From a bacterium (GTDB taxonomy: Bacteria > Patescibacteriota > Minisyncoccia > JAHIHE01): 64,000 nucleotides of DNA. The translations under genes were made by a program, and so were the position numbers. This document shows, piece by piece, positions 54,986 through 64,000 of the stretch. How positions within the stretch are numbered: the stretch's first letter is position 1; each line of letters opens with the position of its first letter. The stretch spans positions 9,017-73,016 of the forward strand of contig JAUYBG010000005.1 of NCBI GenBank assembly GCA_030693205.1. Direction: 5' to 3'. The notes under the pieces are model-generated. The model was given only the letters and a program-made list of their open reading frames with translations. It was not told the DNA's origin and did not search any database.

Positions 54986-56725
54986 ATGAAGAAAATCTTT
55001 TTAGGAATAGCGATTCTGGCTATCGTCGGTCTTATAGCGGGAGTGGCTTATCAAATTTTTTATAAGAATCAAAAAGCTTTTGCCGAATCCAATACCGTTG
55101 TGAAAATTTTTGGAACGGAAACTTTGGATGTAGGGGGAGAAACTGATATAGAGATTACCTATAAAAATGACAATCGGACAAATTTGAAAAATGCGGTTTT
55201 GTCTTTGAGTTATCCCGCGGAAGGGTTTAGCGATATTAAAGATAAATCCGGTTTTGGCAAGATAAAAGGTTCGCAGATAGTTTGGGAGCTGGGAGAAATT
55301 TCTGCCGGTTATGACGGATCGGTTAAAATTTCCGCAAAAATTACCGATGTTAACGCTAATGTGATATCCGCTTCGCTTGATTATGATCCGGAAAATTTTA
55401 ATTCCAGTTTTTCAGCCAAAGCCAATCATAGGTTTAACGTTAAAATAGCCAAAGTTTCTGTTAATTTATTTGCGCCCAAAGAAGCGGTCGCGGGCCAGGA
55501 AATTAAATATATTTTGACTTATACGAATGCCACGGCGATGGATTTTGAAATGATCAGGATAAAACTCAATTATCCTTCCAGTTTCGTATTTACAAGCAGC
55601 AATCCTTCCGCAACGCAAGCGCCGGATACTTGGGAAGTGTCTGGTTTTACTCGGGCTTCAAGCGGGCAGATAGAGATTATCGGGACATTAAATAGTTCGG
55701 AAGTGGAAACTAAAATAGTCGGGGCGGTGATCGAGCAGAGAAACAGAGACGGAAAATATATTTTTAATAATGAAATAAGCGCCAACACCAGCTTGATAGG
55801 TTCGCCTTTTGTTGTTGTTCAGACGGTCAATGACAAAGAGAATTATGCCGCCGATATCGGGGAAACATTGAATTATAAAATTAAGATCAGGAACTTAAGC
55901 AATACTAAGCAGGAAAATCTTATTATTAGCGCGGTTTTGGATGGTCAGGCATTGGATTTTACCTCTTTGGTTGCCGAAAACGCCAATCTTGATCGGGCGC
56001 TTCACACTATAATATGGGATAGCAAGGTAAGAAGCGATTTGGCGGCAGTTGATCCGAATAAAGAAATAGAAGTTGAATTTAGTGTAAAGACCAATGGAAG
56101 CATTACGATAATGGACGGCAACAGCAAGAATTTTCTGGTAAAAAATACCGTTACTATTAAAGATGGAAATATTTTTAATGCTGACGGATTAAATAAAGTA
56201 ATTGTTGCGGCCTCTTTTGAGACAAAGATCAACTCCAGTCCTGTTCTGTTTGTCAGAGGATATTTTAATGACGATGATCGCCTGAAAACTTCCGGGGTTA
56301 TTCCGCCGAAAGTCGGACAGACTACCGCTTACAATATCCATTGGCAAATTTTAAATACGGTCAATAAAATTAAAAATGTAAAAGTTACGGGGGTTTTGCC
56401 GGCCAATATCAAATGGACGGGAAATATTTTTCCTCTCGACGCCAAGATCTTTTACGATATAAATACCAGGACCATTACTTGGGAAGCGGGCGATATAGAA
56501 GTCGGCACCGGAATAATTTCGCCGTTGAAAGAGGTGTTATTCCAAGTAAGCGTTGCGCCGACTATCAGCGATGTCGGAAATTATTTAGTGCTGATCGATA
56601 AAAACTTCCTGAACGCTACTGATGAATTTACATTGAGTGAAATTGCGGTTACGGCCGAAGGCATAACTAGCCGTTTGCCGGATGATCTGAGCGTCACGCC
56701 CGAGGAAGGGAAAGTGGCGCTATAA
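54986..56725 (+). CDS. Membrane-anchored protein with tandem Ig-like (DUF11-type) domains
   Basis: N-terminal TM; repeated beta-sandwich patterns (G....Y.L.Y.N, W..G.I); ATG 54986 preferred. Confidence 0.7.
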   Translation: MKKIFLGIAILAIVGLIAGVAYQIFYKNQKAFAESNTVVKIFGTETLDVGGETDIEITYKNDNRTNLKNAVLSLSYPAEGFSDIKDKSGFGKIKGSQIVWELGEISAGYDGSVKISAKITDVNANVISASLDYDPENFNSSFSAKANHRFNVKIAKVSVNLFAPKEAVAGQEIKYILTYTNATAMDFEMIRIKLNYPSSFVFTSSNPSATQAPDTWEVSGFTRASSGQIEIIGTLNSSEVETKIVGAVIEQRNRDGKYIFNNEISANTSLIGSPFVVVQTVNDKENYAADIGETLNYKIKIRNLSNTKQENLIISAVLDGQALDFTSLVAENANLDRALHTIIWDSKVRSDLAAVDPNKEIEVEFSVKTNGSITIMDGNSKNFLVKNTVTIKDGNIFNADGLNKVIVAASFETKINSSPVLFVRGYFNDDDRLKTSGVIPPKVGQTTAYNIHWQILNTVNKIKNVKVTGVLPANIKWTGNIFPLDAKIFYDINTRTITWEAGDIEVGTGIISPLKEVLFQVSVAPTISDVGNYLVLIDKNFLNATDEFTLSEIAVTAEGITSRLPDDLSVTPEEGKVAL

Positions 56726-56727
56726 AT

Positions 56728-56755
56728 TTGACAGATTTTTTATATATGCTAATAT
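56728..56755 (+). promoter_or_regulatory. Promoter upstream of the attenuator
   Basis: TTGACA-16-TAATAT with TGn extension. Confidence 0.6.
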
Positions 56756-56776
56756 ATTTATAGATTAGTGAAATTT

Positions 56777-56910
56777 ATGAATTATACGCAAAACAACAAT
56801 TTCTTTTTCTTTTTTACACCGTCCTAAGGCAGGTTGTTTATGCGTATAAGTTAAAGAGAAAAAAGATTCAGAAGATTACGCGAACAAGCCTGTCGAGGGC
56901 TGTTTTTTTG
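56777..56910 (+). promoter_or_regulatory. Leader-peptide transcription attenuator (leader 56777-56827, MNYTQNNNFFFFFTPS)
   Basis: Mutually exclusive pairings 1:2, 2:3 and 3:4 terminator followed by T7. Confidence 0.7.
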
Positions 56911-57014
56911 TTGCCTCAAACGGAAGATTTTAGAAAAAAAAGTTTTCCGCCTGCGGCAAAAATCGCGGGATAAGATTATTGTCTTATCGATTAAGTATAA
57001 GGAGGAATTGAACC

Positions 57015-57194
57015 TTGAAAACAAATGTTAAAATAGAGTCTGAAGATGCAATAAAAAGCTTAGAAGCTATGGTAAAAAGGTTTTCACTAAAAGCCCAAAG
57101 AGCTGTAAAATTCAAAGATACAAGGTCGCAAAACTATAATACTAATAAAGTTGCGGGGCTGAAACTAAAAATCAAATACCTGAGAGATAAATAG
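57015..57194 (+). CDS. Small basic protein (59 aa), possibly a divergent bS21
   Basis: SD AGGAGG at 57000, TTG start; SLEAMVKRFSLKAQ resembles the bS21 helix. Confidence 0.45.
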   Translation: MKTNVKIESEDAIKSLEAMVKRFSLKAQRAVKFKDTRSQNYNTNKVAGLKLKIKYLRDK

Positions 57195-57206
57195 CAGGAG
57201 GACAAA

Positions 57207-57314
57207 ATGGAAGAAATTATTATAGAGGTAAAAGAAAAAGAAGAAAAAATAAAAATAAAAATCGTGGAGCATAAATTTATGTCTTCTCTTTTTTTGCCAA
57301 AAAGCCGGAATTAG
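57207..57314 (+). CDS. Small hypothetical protein (35 aa)
   Basis: SD AGGAGG at 57196, ATG start; MEEIIIEVKEKEEKIKIKIVEHKFMSSLFLPKSRN. Confidence 0.35.
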   Translation: MEEIIIEVKEKEEKIKIKIVEHKFMSSLFLPKSRN

Positions 57315-57341
57315 TATAATGTATTATGTATCGGGCATTAA

Positions 57342-58580
<1,239 letters not shown>

Positions 58581-58588
58581 AAGGTAGA

Positions 58589-58615
58589 TAAAAAAAAGAG
58601 CGGTTAAGCCGCTCT
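58589..58615 (-). terminator. Terminator between convergent tgt and orphan gene
   Basis: A run then AGAGCGG-TTAAG-CCGCTCT. Confidence 0.7.
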
Positions 58616-60950
58616 AAAATTTTAGAGATATTGTTTCTCCGTTTATTGTTATCACATCGAGCTTTGCCATAAAATCTAAGTATGGCGTGAGGGTGATATC
58701 CTTTATTCTAAATATTTCTCTTATTTTTCTCTTTTTTAAAGATCCTCCTGCGTCATTCAGCTTCTCCAATATTTCTTTTTGTTTATCACAAAGTTCGGGT
58801 GTGGCTTTGAGTTGCGCTAACGTTCTTTTAGGTTTTCCTGCGATATCTGTACCGTTTACATTGCTTTCATTTTGCAACTTTTCTCTCAGCTCATTCATCG
58901 TAACTATTTTTTCCTCCGGTTTTTCTTGCGGCGGCTTATCTTTTTCGAGCTCGCTCAAGAACTCTGTTTCACTCAATAGTTCGATCGTGCTATTTTCGAA
59001 ATCGTCTTCGTTAAGGCTGATTTTTATAGCTTTTATTCGGTCGTTTGGATTGTCGGTTTTTTTATTCATTGTTTTGACAATTGCCGAAATAAAAGTTTTT
59101 GCTTGATTTTTCTTAACGCCCGCCTTACTGCAAACAACAGACAAACTGATTTTTTCTCCTTTTTCCAGATAGTCATTTAAGTAGTCTTCCACTTGTTGTT
59201 TTCTATTATCTGGTAAGGAACTTAGCAAGCCGGGTTCTTTGTTTGTTAAAGAATCGGACAAGAGCAATAATTCAGCTTTTATTGTTTCGTTTGGCTCTGT
59301 TTTTGTTTCCGTCGATTTCGGCGGTTTTTGAACGATTTCCGGCTCTGCGATTTTTTCTTCCGGTTTTTTCTGTTCTGACGGTTGGCGCTGGCTATTCTCG
59401 TCTTTTTCTGGAGTTATTTCTGGTTTTGTCTGCTCCGTAGGTTTTATCATATCCGGAAGCTGGAGTCGGATTTGATCCACTTGAGCTGTTACTCTGGAAC
59501 GTATGCCCTCTTGCCTATTTTTAACCAAACCTTTTTCAGCCAGTGTTCTTACGGATAGGTTTACTCTGGTCTGGATAATGCGGGTTTTTTCGATTATTTC
59601 TTGTTGCAAAATACCAGCTTGTCCGTTTTCAATTATTACCCGCAAGACTTGCAAGTCTTTTAGAGACAGCTTTACGTCTGCCAAAGACTTTTTTTCTTTC
59701 GCAGGATTTTTTTCCGCAATTGTTTCATTTGACGTTTTTAGTTTTACCGAGTGTTTATGCTTTTCGGCGATTCCCAAAGTTTCCAGCTCTTTTGCCAAGC
59801 TACGGACAGTAGCGGTTGTGCATCGCATTCTTTCCGCCAGATCTGTTATTGTTGTTTGCTGCTGATCGCTGTTGATAATAATACCGACAGCGGCAGCTAA
59901 ACTGCTTACCCTTGTGTGATTTCTATTAAGATTGGCTTTCCGCAATTTTTCCTCTATCAGCTCCTGGATTTTTTTCATTTGTTCGTCTAGAGAACCGATC
60001 AGTTTTAGATCTATTATCTCTTTATAAAGATCGCCGGTTTCCGGTGCTGGTTCACTTGGTTTATCGGTTATTTTTGTCAGCTCGTTAACTTTTTGAGTTT
60101 TTTCGCCTAACAATAAACTGAGTTTGATTATTTCTCCATCGAGCCGTTTAATTGTCGCGTTGCGATCGGCGATTGTTTTTTGAGCTTCTTCAAGCCGCAG
60201 GTTTTTTTCATCAAGCCATTCTTTGAATTTGCCTTTTTCTTTTAACGCTTGATCGAGCCGTCTTTCTAATTCGGCAACTTGATTTAACAGTTCTTTGTCT
60301 GTCGGTAACCCTTTTTCCCGAGCTTCTCCGAGGGCTTTTTTAAGTCCTTCTATTTCAGTATAAGCCATTTGGCAAATTTCCTCGGATTTTTTAAGAGCTA
60401 TCGTCAGTTTCTTGATTTCTTTCTCGTCCGGTTTTGGGATTTCGGCAGAGTGGCCATTTCCTGTTAAATTTGTTAGCACGCTTCCGTTATTGGAAATACT
60501 GTAGAAGTCAGTATTTGTCTTGTCAATGCCGTTTACGAAACCCTTTTTAAGGAGAATTCCCGGCAAGCCGTCGCCGCTTGAAACCATCAAGGTAATAAGC
60601 GACAAGTGCATTTCTTTAAACGCGCACTCTTTGAAGCTTTCTATGGCGCTTGCGATCATTTCTTGGTTATTCCGCATCGATTTTTCAAAAGCGATGCTGA
60701 ATATCCCGAAGCTATTTTTAATAATCGTATGCGCCAGCACAACCCCGATGGCCGTTTGTTTTTGATCTTCGTTTTTTTCTATTATAAATACGCGTCCGCA
60801 GGTTGTTTCTTTCTGCAAGGTTTCATCGCAAAACGGCTTATCAATACAGACAGCCTCTGTTGAATTAATTATACTAAGTATGGCTGGGATCAATTTCTGA
60901 TCCGATGCGAACTTGCTCATTACTCTAATGCCTATTCCATCATTTCCCAT
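58614..60950 (-). CDS. Large orphan: GNAT-like N-terminus, coiled coil, multiple winged-HTH domains
   Basis: Long open frame; ATG 60950 preferred because the extension to 61187 overlaps the upstream gene and a TTGACA promoter at 61044-49. Confidence 0.65.
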   Translation of the reverse strand: MGNDGIGIRVMSKFASDQKLIPAILSIINSTEAVCIDKPFCDETLQKETTCGRVFIIEKNEDQKQTAIGVVLAHTIIKNSFGIFSIAFEKSMRNNQEMIASAIESFKECAFKEMHLSLITLMVSSGDGLPGILLKKGFVNGIDKTNTDFYSISNNGSVLTNLTGNGHSAEIPKPDEKEIKKLTIALKKSEEICQMAYTEIEGLKKALGEAREKGLPTDKELLNQVAELERRLDQALKEKGKFKEWLDEKNLRLEEAQKTIADRNATIKRLDGEIIKLSLLLGEKTQKVNELTKITDKPSEPAPETGDLYKEIIDLKLIGSLDEQMKKIQELIEEKLRKANLNRNHTRVSSLAAAVGIIINSDQQQTTITDLAERMRCTTATVRSLAKELETLGIAEKHKHSVKLKTSNETIAEKNPAKEKKSLADVKLSLKDLQVLRVIIENGQAGILQQEIIEKTRIIQTRVNLSVRTLAEKGLVKNRQEGIRSRVTAQVDQIRLQLPDMIKPTEQTKPEITPEKDENSQRQPSEQKKPEEKIAEPEIVQKPPKSTETKTEPNETIKAELLLLSDSLTNKEPGLLSSLPDNRKQQVEDYLNDYLEKGEKISLSVVCSKAGVKKNQAKTFISAIVKTMNKKTDNPNDRIKAIKISLNEDDFENSTIELLSETEFLSELEKDKPPQEKPEEKIVTMNELREKLQNESNVNGTDIAGKPKRTLAQLKATPELCDKQKEILEKLNDAGGSLKKRKIREIFRIKDITLTPYLDFMAKLDVITINGETISLKF

Positions 60951-61072
60951 AGTATCACTTCCCGCGCTTGAAGCGCTTTTGTTGTTCGTCCTTGTTTTTA
61001 ATTGTAAGGTACAGTGATTCCATATTAATATAAACAAGAATTTTGTCAATAAAAATAGCAGCCGATTTTGCG

Positions 61073-61390
61073 TTATGGCTGCTTTTTCTTTTTTATTTTT
61101 ATGTACCAGATTTCCAGCTTTCCTTCTGTTTCGGAAAATATTTCTATTTTCGTATCCGGGCTGCGGTAGTTGGCGCGCATATCCCATATTCCCCGTTCGC
61201 TAGTATCCATTATTTTAGCCGCTTCTTCCAGCGTGATCGCTTGATCTCTTCCGGTTAGTAAGGCCTCAAGCTCTTTAAGTTTTCCAACAATCAGGTTTTT
61301 TTCAGGGTTTTTCATCATTCTTTGCAGCCTTTCAAAATTTATCCGCTGTTGTTCCGGCGACACAGTTTTGGTTTTTTGATTTTTTGGCAC
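61073..61390 (-). CDS. Small HTH DNA-binding protein
   Basis: ITLEEAAKIMDTSERGIW; SD AGGAGGA; TTGACA...TAATAT promoter at ~61433-61460. Confidence 0.6.
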   Translation of the reverse strand: MPKNQKTKTVSPEQQRINFERLQRMMKNPEKNLIVGKLKELEALLTGRDQAITLEEAAKIMDTSERGIWDMRANYRSPDTKIEIFSETEGKLEIWYIKIKKKKQP

Positions 61391-61512
61391 GGTTGATTCC
61401 TCCTTTAAAGTGCTTTTTGATAAATTTTATCTATATTAGCATATATCCACAGCTTGTCAATCGTGGTTGTTTATGATAAATTAAAAGAGTTAAACTACAT
61501 CAAATTATATTT

Positions 61513-62922
61513 ATGGCAGAAAAAAATACAGACAAAATGGAAAAAATCGTTTCGCTTTGCAAAAGACGGGGTTTTGTGTATCCGGGAAGCGAAATTTATG
61601 GCGGATTAGCCAATACTTGGGATTACGGTCCTTTGGGCGCAGAATTGAAAAATAATATTAAAAGGCTTTGGTGGAAGACGTTTGTTCAGCAAAGAGATGA
61701 TATGGTGGGAATTGACGCCAGTATTTTAATGAATCCGAAAGTCTGGGAAGCGTCCGGACATACGACCAGTTTTGCCGATGCGAAAATTGATTGTCTCGCG
61801 TGCAAAGCCAGGATCAGAGCGGATCATATGATCGAAGATGAGCTGAAAATAAGCGTGGAAGGGAAAAGCTTGGAAGATATCAATAAAATTATTTCTGACA
61901 ATAAATTAAAATGCCCGGTTTGTAAGTCCGTAAAATTGACCGAAGCGAGGAAGTTCAATTTGCTTTTCAAAACCCAAGTCGGATCGCTGGAAGACGCGAA
62001 GGCCGCGGTTTATCTTCGCGGCGAGACGGCTCAAGCAATGTTTGTAAATTTCAAAAATGTTTTGAATTCCAGCCGCAAGAAAATTCCTTTTGGTATCGCG
62101 CAGGTCGGAAAAGCTTTCCGGAACGAGATCACTCCGGGCAATTTTATTTTCCGCACTTTGGAATTCGAGCAGATGGAAATAGAATATTTTATCCGCGAGA
62201 AGGATTGGGAGAAAACTTTTGATTACTGGAAAGATGAAATGAAAAAATGGGCTACGAAAATTTTAGGGCTTAAAAAAGAAAACATTCGGGTGCGCGAGCA
62301 TGCCAAGGAAGAATTGTCGCATTATTCCCGGCGCACTGTTGATTTCGAGTTTAATTTTCCGTTCGGAGGATTCAAAGAATTATATGGTTTGGCATATCGC
62401 ACGGATTTTGACCTGACGGCGCATCAAAAAGCGAGCGGCGAGGATATGAGCTATTTTGACGAAGCAGCCAAAGAGAAATTTATTCCGCACGTGATCGAGC
62501 CGACTTTTGGAGTGGACAGAAGTATTTTGGCAGTGCTGGCCGACAGTTTCGAGGTTATTAAAGGCGGGCGAACGACAACTACGGAATCGATCAAGGAAGA
62601 AGAATTTGTTTTGCGTTTGGCTCCGCGCATCGCGCCGATCAAAGCCGCGATTCTGCCTTTGGTAAAAAAAGATCCGCTGAAAAAGCTGGCTGGGGAAATT
62701 TACAAAGACCTTCGCGAGCAGTGGATGGTGCAGTACGATGAAACCGGTTCGGTTGGCAAGCGATATCGCCGGCAAGACGAGATCGGCACGCCATTTTGCG
62801 TGACGGTGGATTTTGATTCGCTGGAAGACAATGCGGTCACGGTTCGCGACCGCGACACGATGAAACAAGAGAGAATAAAGATTGCCGAGCTCGCGGATTA
62901 TCTGGAAGAAAAATTAATTTAA
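61513..62922 (+). CDS. glyQS: Glycine-tRNA ligase (alpha2 type)
   Basis: SEIYGG, YLRGETAQ, FRNEITPG.F.FR..EFEQME, VIEP, GKRYRRQDE.GTP. Confidence 0.97.
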   Translation: MAEKNTDKMEKIVSLCKRRGFVYPGSEIYGGLANTWDYGPLGAELKNNIKRLWWKTFVQQRDDMVGIDASILMNPKVWEASGHTTSFADAKIDCLACKARIRADHMIEDELKISVEGKSLEDINKIISDNKLKCPVCKSVKLTEARKFNLLFKTQVGSLEDAKAAVYLRGETAQAMFVNFKNVLNSSRKKIPFGIAQVGKAFRNEITPGNFIFRTLEFEQMEIEYFIREKDWEKTFDYWKDEMKKWATKILGLKKENIRVREHAKEELSHYSRRTVDFEFNFPFGGFKELYGLAYRTDFDLTAHQKASGEDMSYFDEAAKEKFIPHVIEPTFGVDRSILAVLADSFEVIKGGRTTTTESIKEEEFVLRLAPRIAPIKAAILPLVKKDPLKKLAGEIYKDLREQWMVQYDETGSVGKRYRRQDEIGTPFCVTVDFDSLEDNAVTVRDRDTMKQERIKIAELADYLEEKLI

Positions 62923-62926
62923 AAAG

Positions 62927-63883
62927 ATGACGATAAAAGAAATTTATAATTTGGCGATAAAGATGGGAATCGAATCCGATCTGCGCGGGAAAGAAAAAGT
63001 CCAGCGGCTTTTGAAGCGCGCAAAAGAACAATATGAGAAATTAAACAAAGAAGAAAAAGAAGAATTTGATGCGGAAAAATTAAGCAATCCTTATTCGGAT
63101 TCAAGAATACTTTTGACGGATTCGGATAAAAAAGTAAAAAAAATATTGGCGGGCATAGATATTGATACGGGAGAGGTGTTGCTGGCCGATAAGCTAGGGG
63201 TTGATTTAATTATTAGTCATCATCCAATGGGGAAAGCGCTGGCAAAACTTGATGACGTGATGCATTTGCAGGCAGAGGTGCTGAATATTAAATATGGCGT
63301 GCCGATAAACATTGCTCAAGGAGTGATTAGGGAAAAAATCAGTGAAGTGGGGCGTTCGGTTATTAGGGGGAATTATAATCAGTCAATTGATGCCGCTCGG
63401 CTGATTAAGCAAAGCATGATCTGTGTTCATACGCCTTGTGATAACTTGGTGGCAAAATTTCTTTGCGAAAATATTGAAAAAGAAAATTTTGAATATGTTG
63501 GTGATTTGCTTAAGTTTTTAAAAGAAATTTCTGAATATAAGGAAGCGATAAAATTAAATGCCGGACCGCGTCTTTTTGCCGGTTTGCCGGAAAATTATAC
63601 CGGAAAAATTGCCATAACGGAAATTACCGGAGGCACCGAAGGCGCGCCGCAAATTTACGAAAAAATGGCGCAAGCGGGAATTGGGACGATTATAGGCATG
63701 CATATGAGCGAAGAGCACAAAAAAGAGGCGGAAAAGGCGCATATCAATGTTGTAATTGCCGGCCATATGTCCAGTGATTCGCTCGGAATGAATTTATTTC
63801 TTGATGAATTGGAGAAAAAAGGAATTGAAGTTATCCCATGCTCGGGATTAATCAGGATTAAAAGGTTTTTAAAGAAATCATAA
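62927..63883 (+). CDS. NIF3-like dinuclear metal protein
   Basis: ISHHP, HTPCD, AGHMSSD. Confidence 0.8.
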   Translation: MTIKEIYNLAIKMGIESDLRGKEKVQRLLKRAKEQYEKLNKEEKEEFDAEKLSNPYSDSRILLTDSDKKVKKILAGIDIDTGEVLLADKLGVDLIISHHPMGKALAKLDDVMHLQAEVLNIKYGVPINIAQGVIREKISEVGRSVIRGNYNQSIDAARLIKQSMICVHTPCDNLVAKFLCENIEKENFEYVGDLLKFLKEISEYKEAIKLNAGPRLFAGLPENYTGKIAITEITGGTEGAPQIYEKMAQAGIGTIIGMHMSEEHKKEAEKAHINVVIAGHMSSDSLGMNLFLDELEKKGIEVIPCSGLIRIKRFLKKS

Positions 63884-63902
63884 TCAACGTGAATTCAGAT
63901 TT

Positions 63903-64000
63903 ATGTATAAAAAAACCATTTTAAATAACGGGCTTCGCGTGATTATCGCGCCGATGGAAGGCACTAAAACCGCTACGGTTTTGGTAATGGTGGGGACCGG
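63903..64000 (+). CDS. M16 (insulinase) family peptidase, 5' partial
   Basis: MYKKTILNNGLRVIIAPMEGTKTATVLVMVGT. Confidence 0.7.
   Translation, partial: MYKKTILNNGLRVIIAPMEGTKTATVLVMVGT

Noticed and set aside
60951-61187. 79-codon N-terminal extension of the 857-aa ORF
   Set aside because: Overlaps the upstream HTH gene and contains a promoter; ATG 60950 is more plausible.
61443-61451. DnaA-box-like TATCCACA here and at ~39597
   Set aside because: Isolated imperfect boxes; no cluster or origin-associated genes.

Overview
64-kb AT-rich chromosomal segment whose gene content and style fit a Patescibacteria/CPR (Parcubacteria-like) genome using the standard code. Supporting signs: few SD sites, CPR-type pilins, alpha2 GlyRS, type-2 IleRS and an AMP-pathway locus. 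Most of it is housekeeping: DEAD helicase, lemA/htpX/DUF2207, ppsA, obgE, typA, serS, ileS, glyQS, recO, tgt, smpB-ssrA-infC-rpmI-rplT, tRNA-Ser(GGA) and tRNA-Arg(CCG). A defence-type islet lies at about 33.8-40.1 kb (fused type IIG R-M enzyme, Schlafen/AlbA_2-ATPase, NYN nuclease, Bro-N remnant). Highlights: (1) a head-to-head Elp3 + Trm9-like methyltransferase pair suggesting eukaryote/archaea-like mcm5U34 tRNA modification; (2) an NYN RNase gene facing a convergent ~70-nt structured RNA, inside degenerate direct repeats; (3) a leader-peptide attenuator (MNYTQNNNFFFFFTPS) ahead of unannotated small ORFs and tgt; (4) short palindromic and 7-mer repeat elements inserted in frame in essential enzymes; (5) a RuBisCO reduced to its N-terminal domain between intact R15P isomerase and AMP phosphorylase; (6) IleRS with an inserted Nudix domain and a GIHH motif; (7) an unannotated ~210-nt structured RNA. 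All calls come from motif recognition by eye; no database searches were run.
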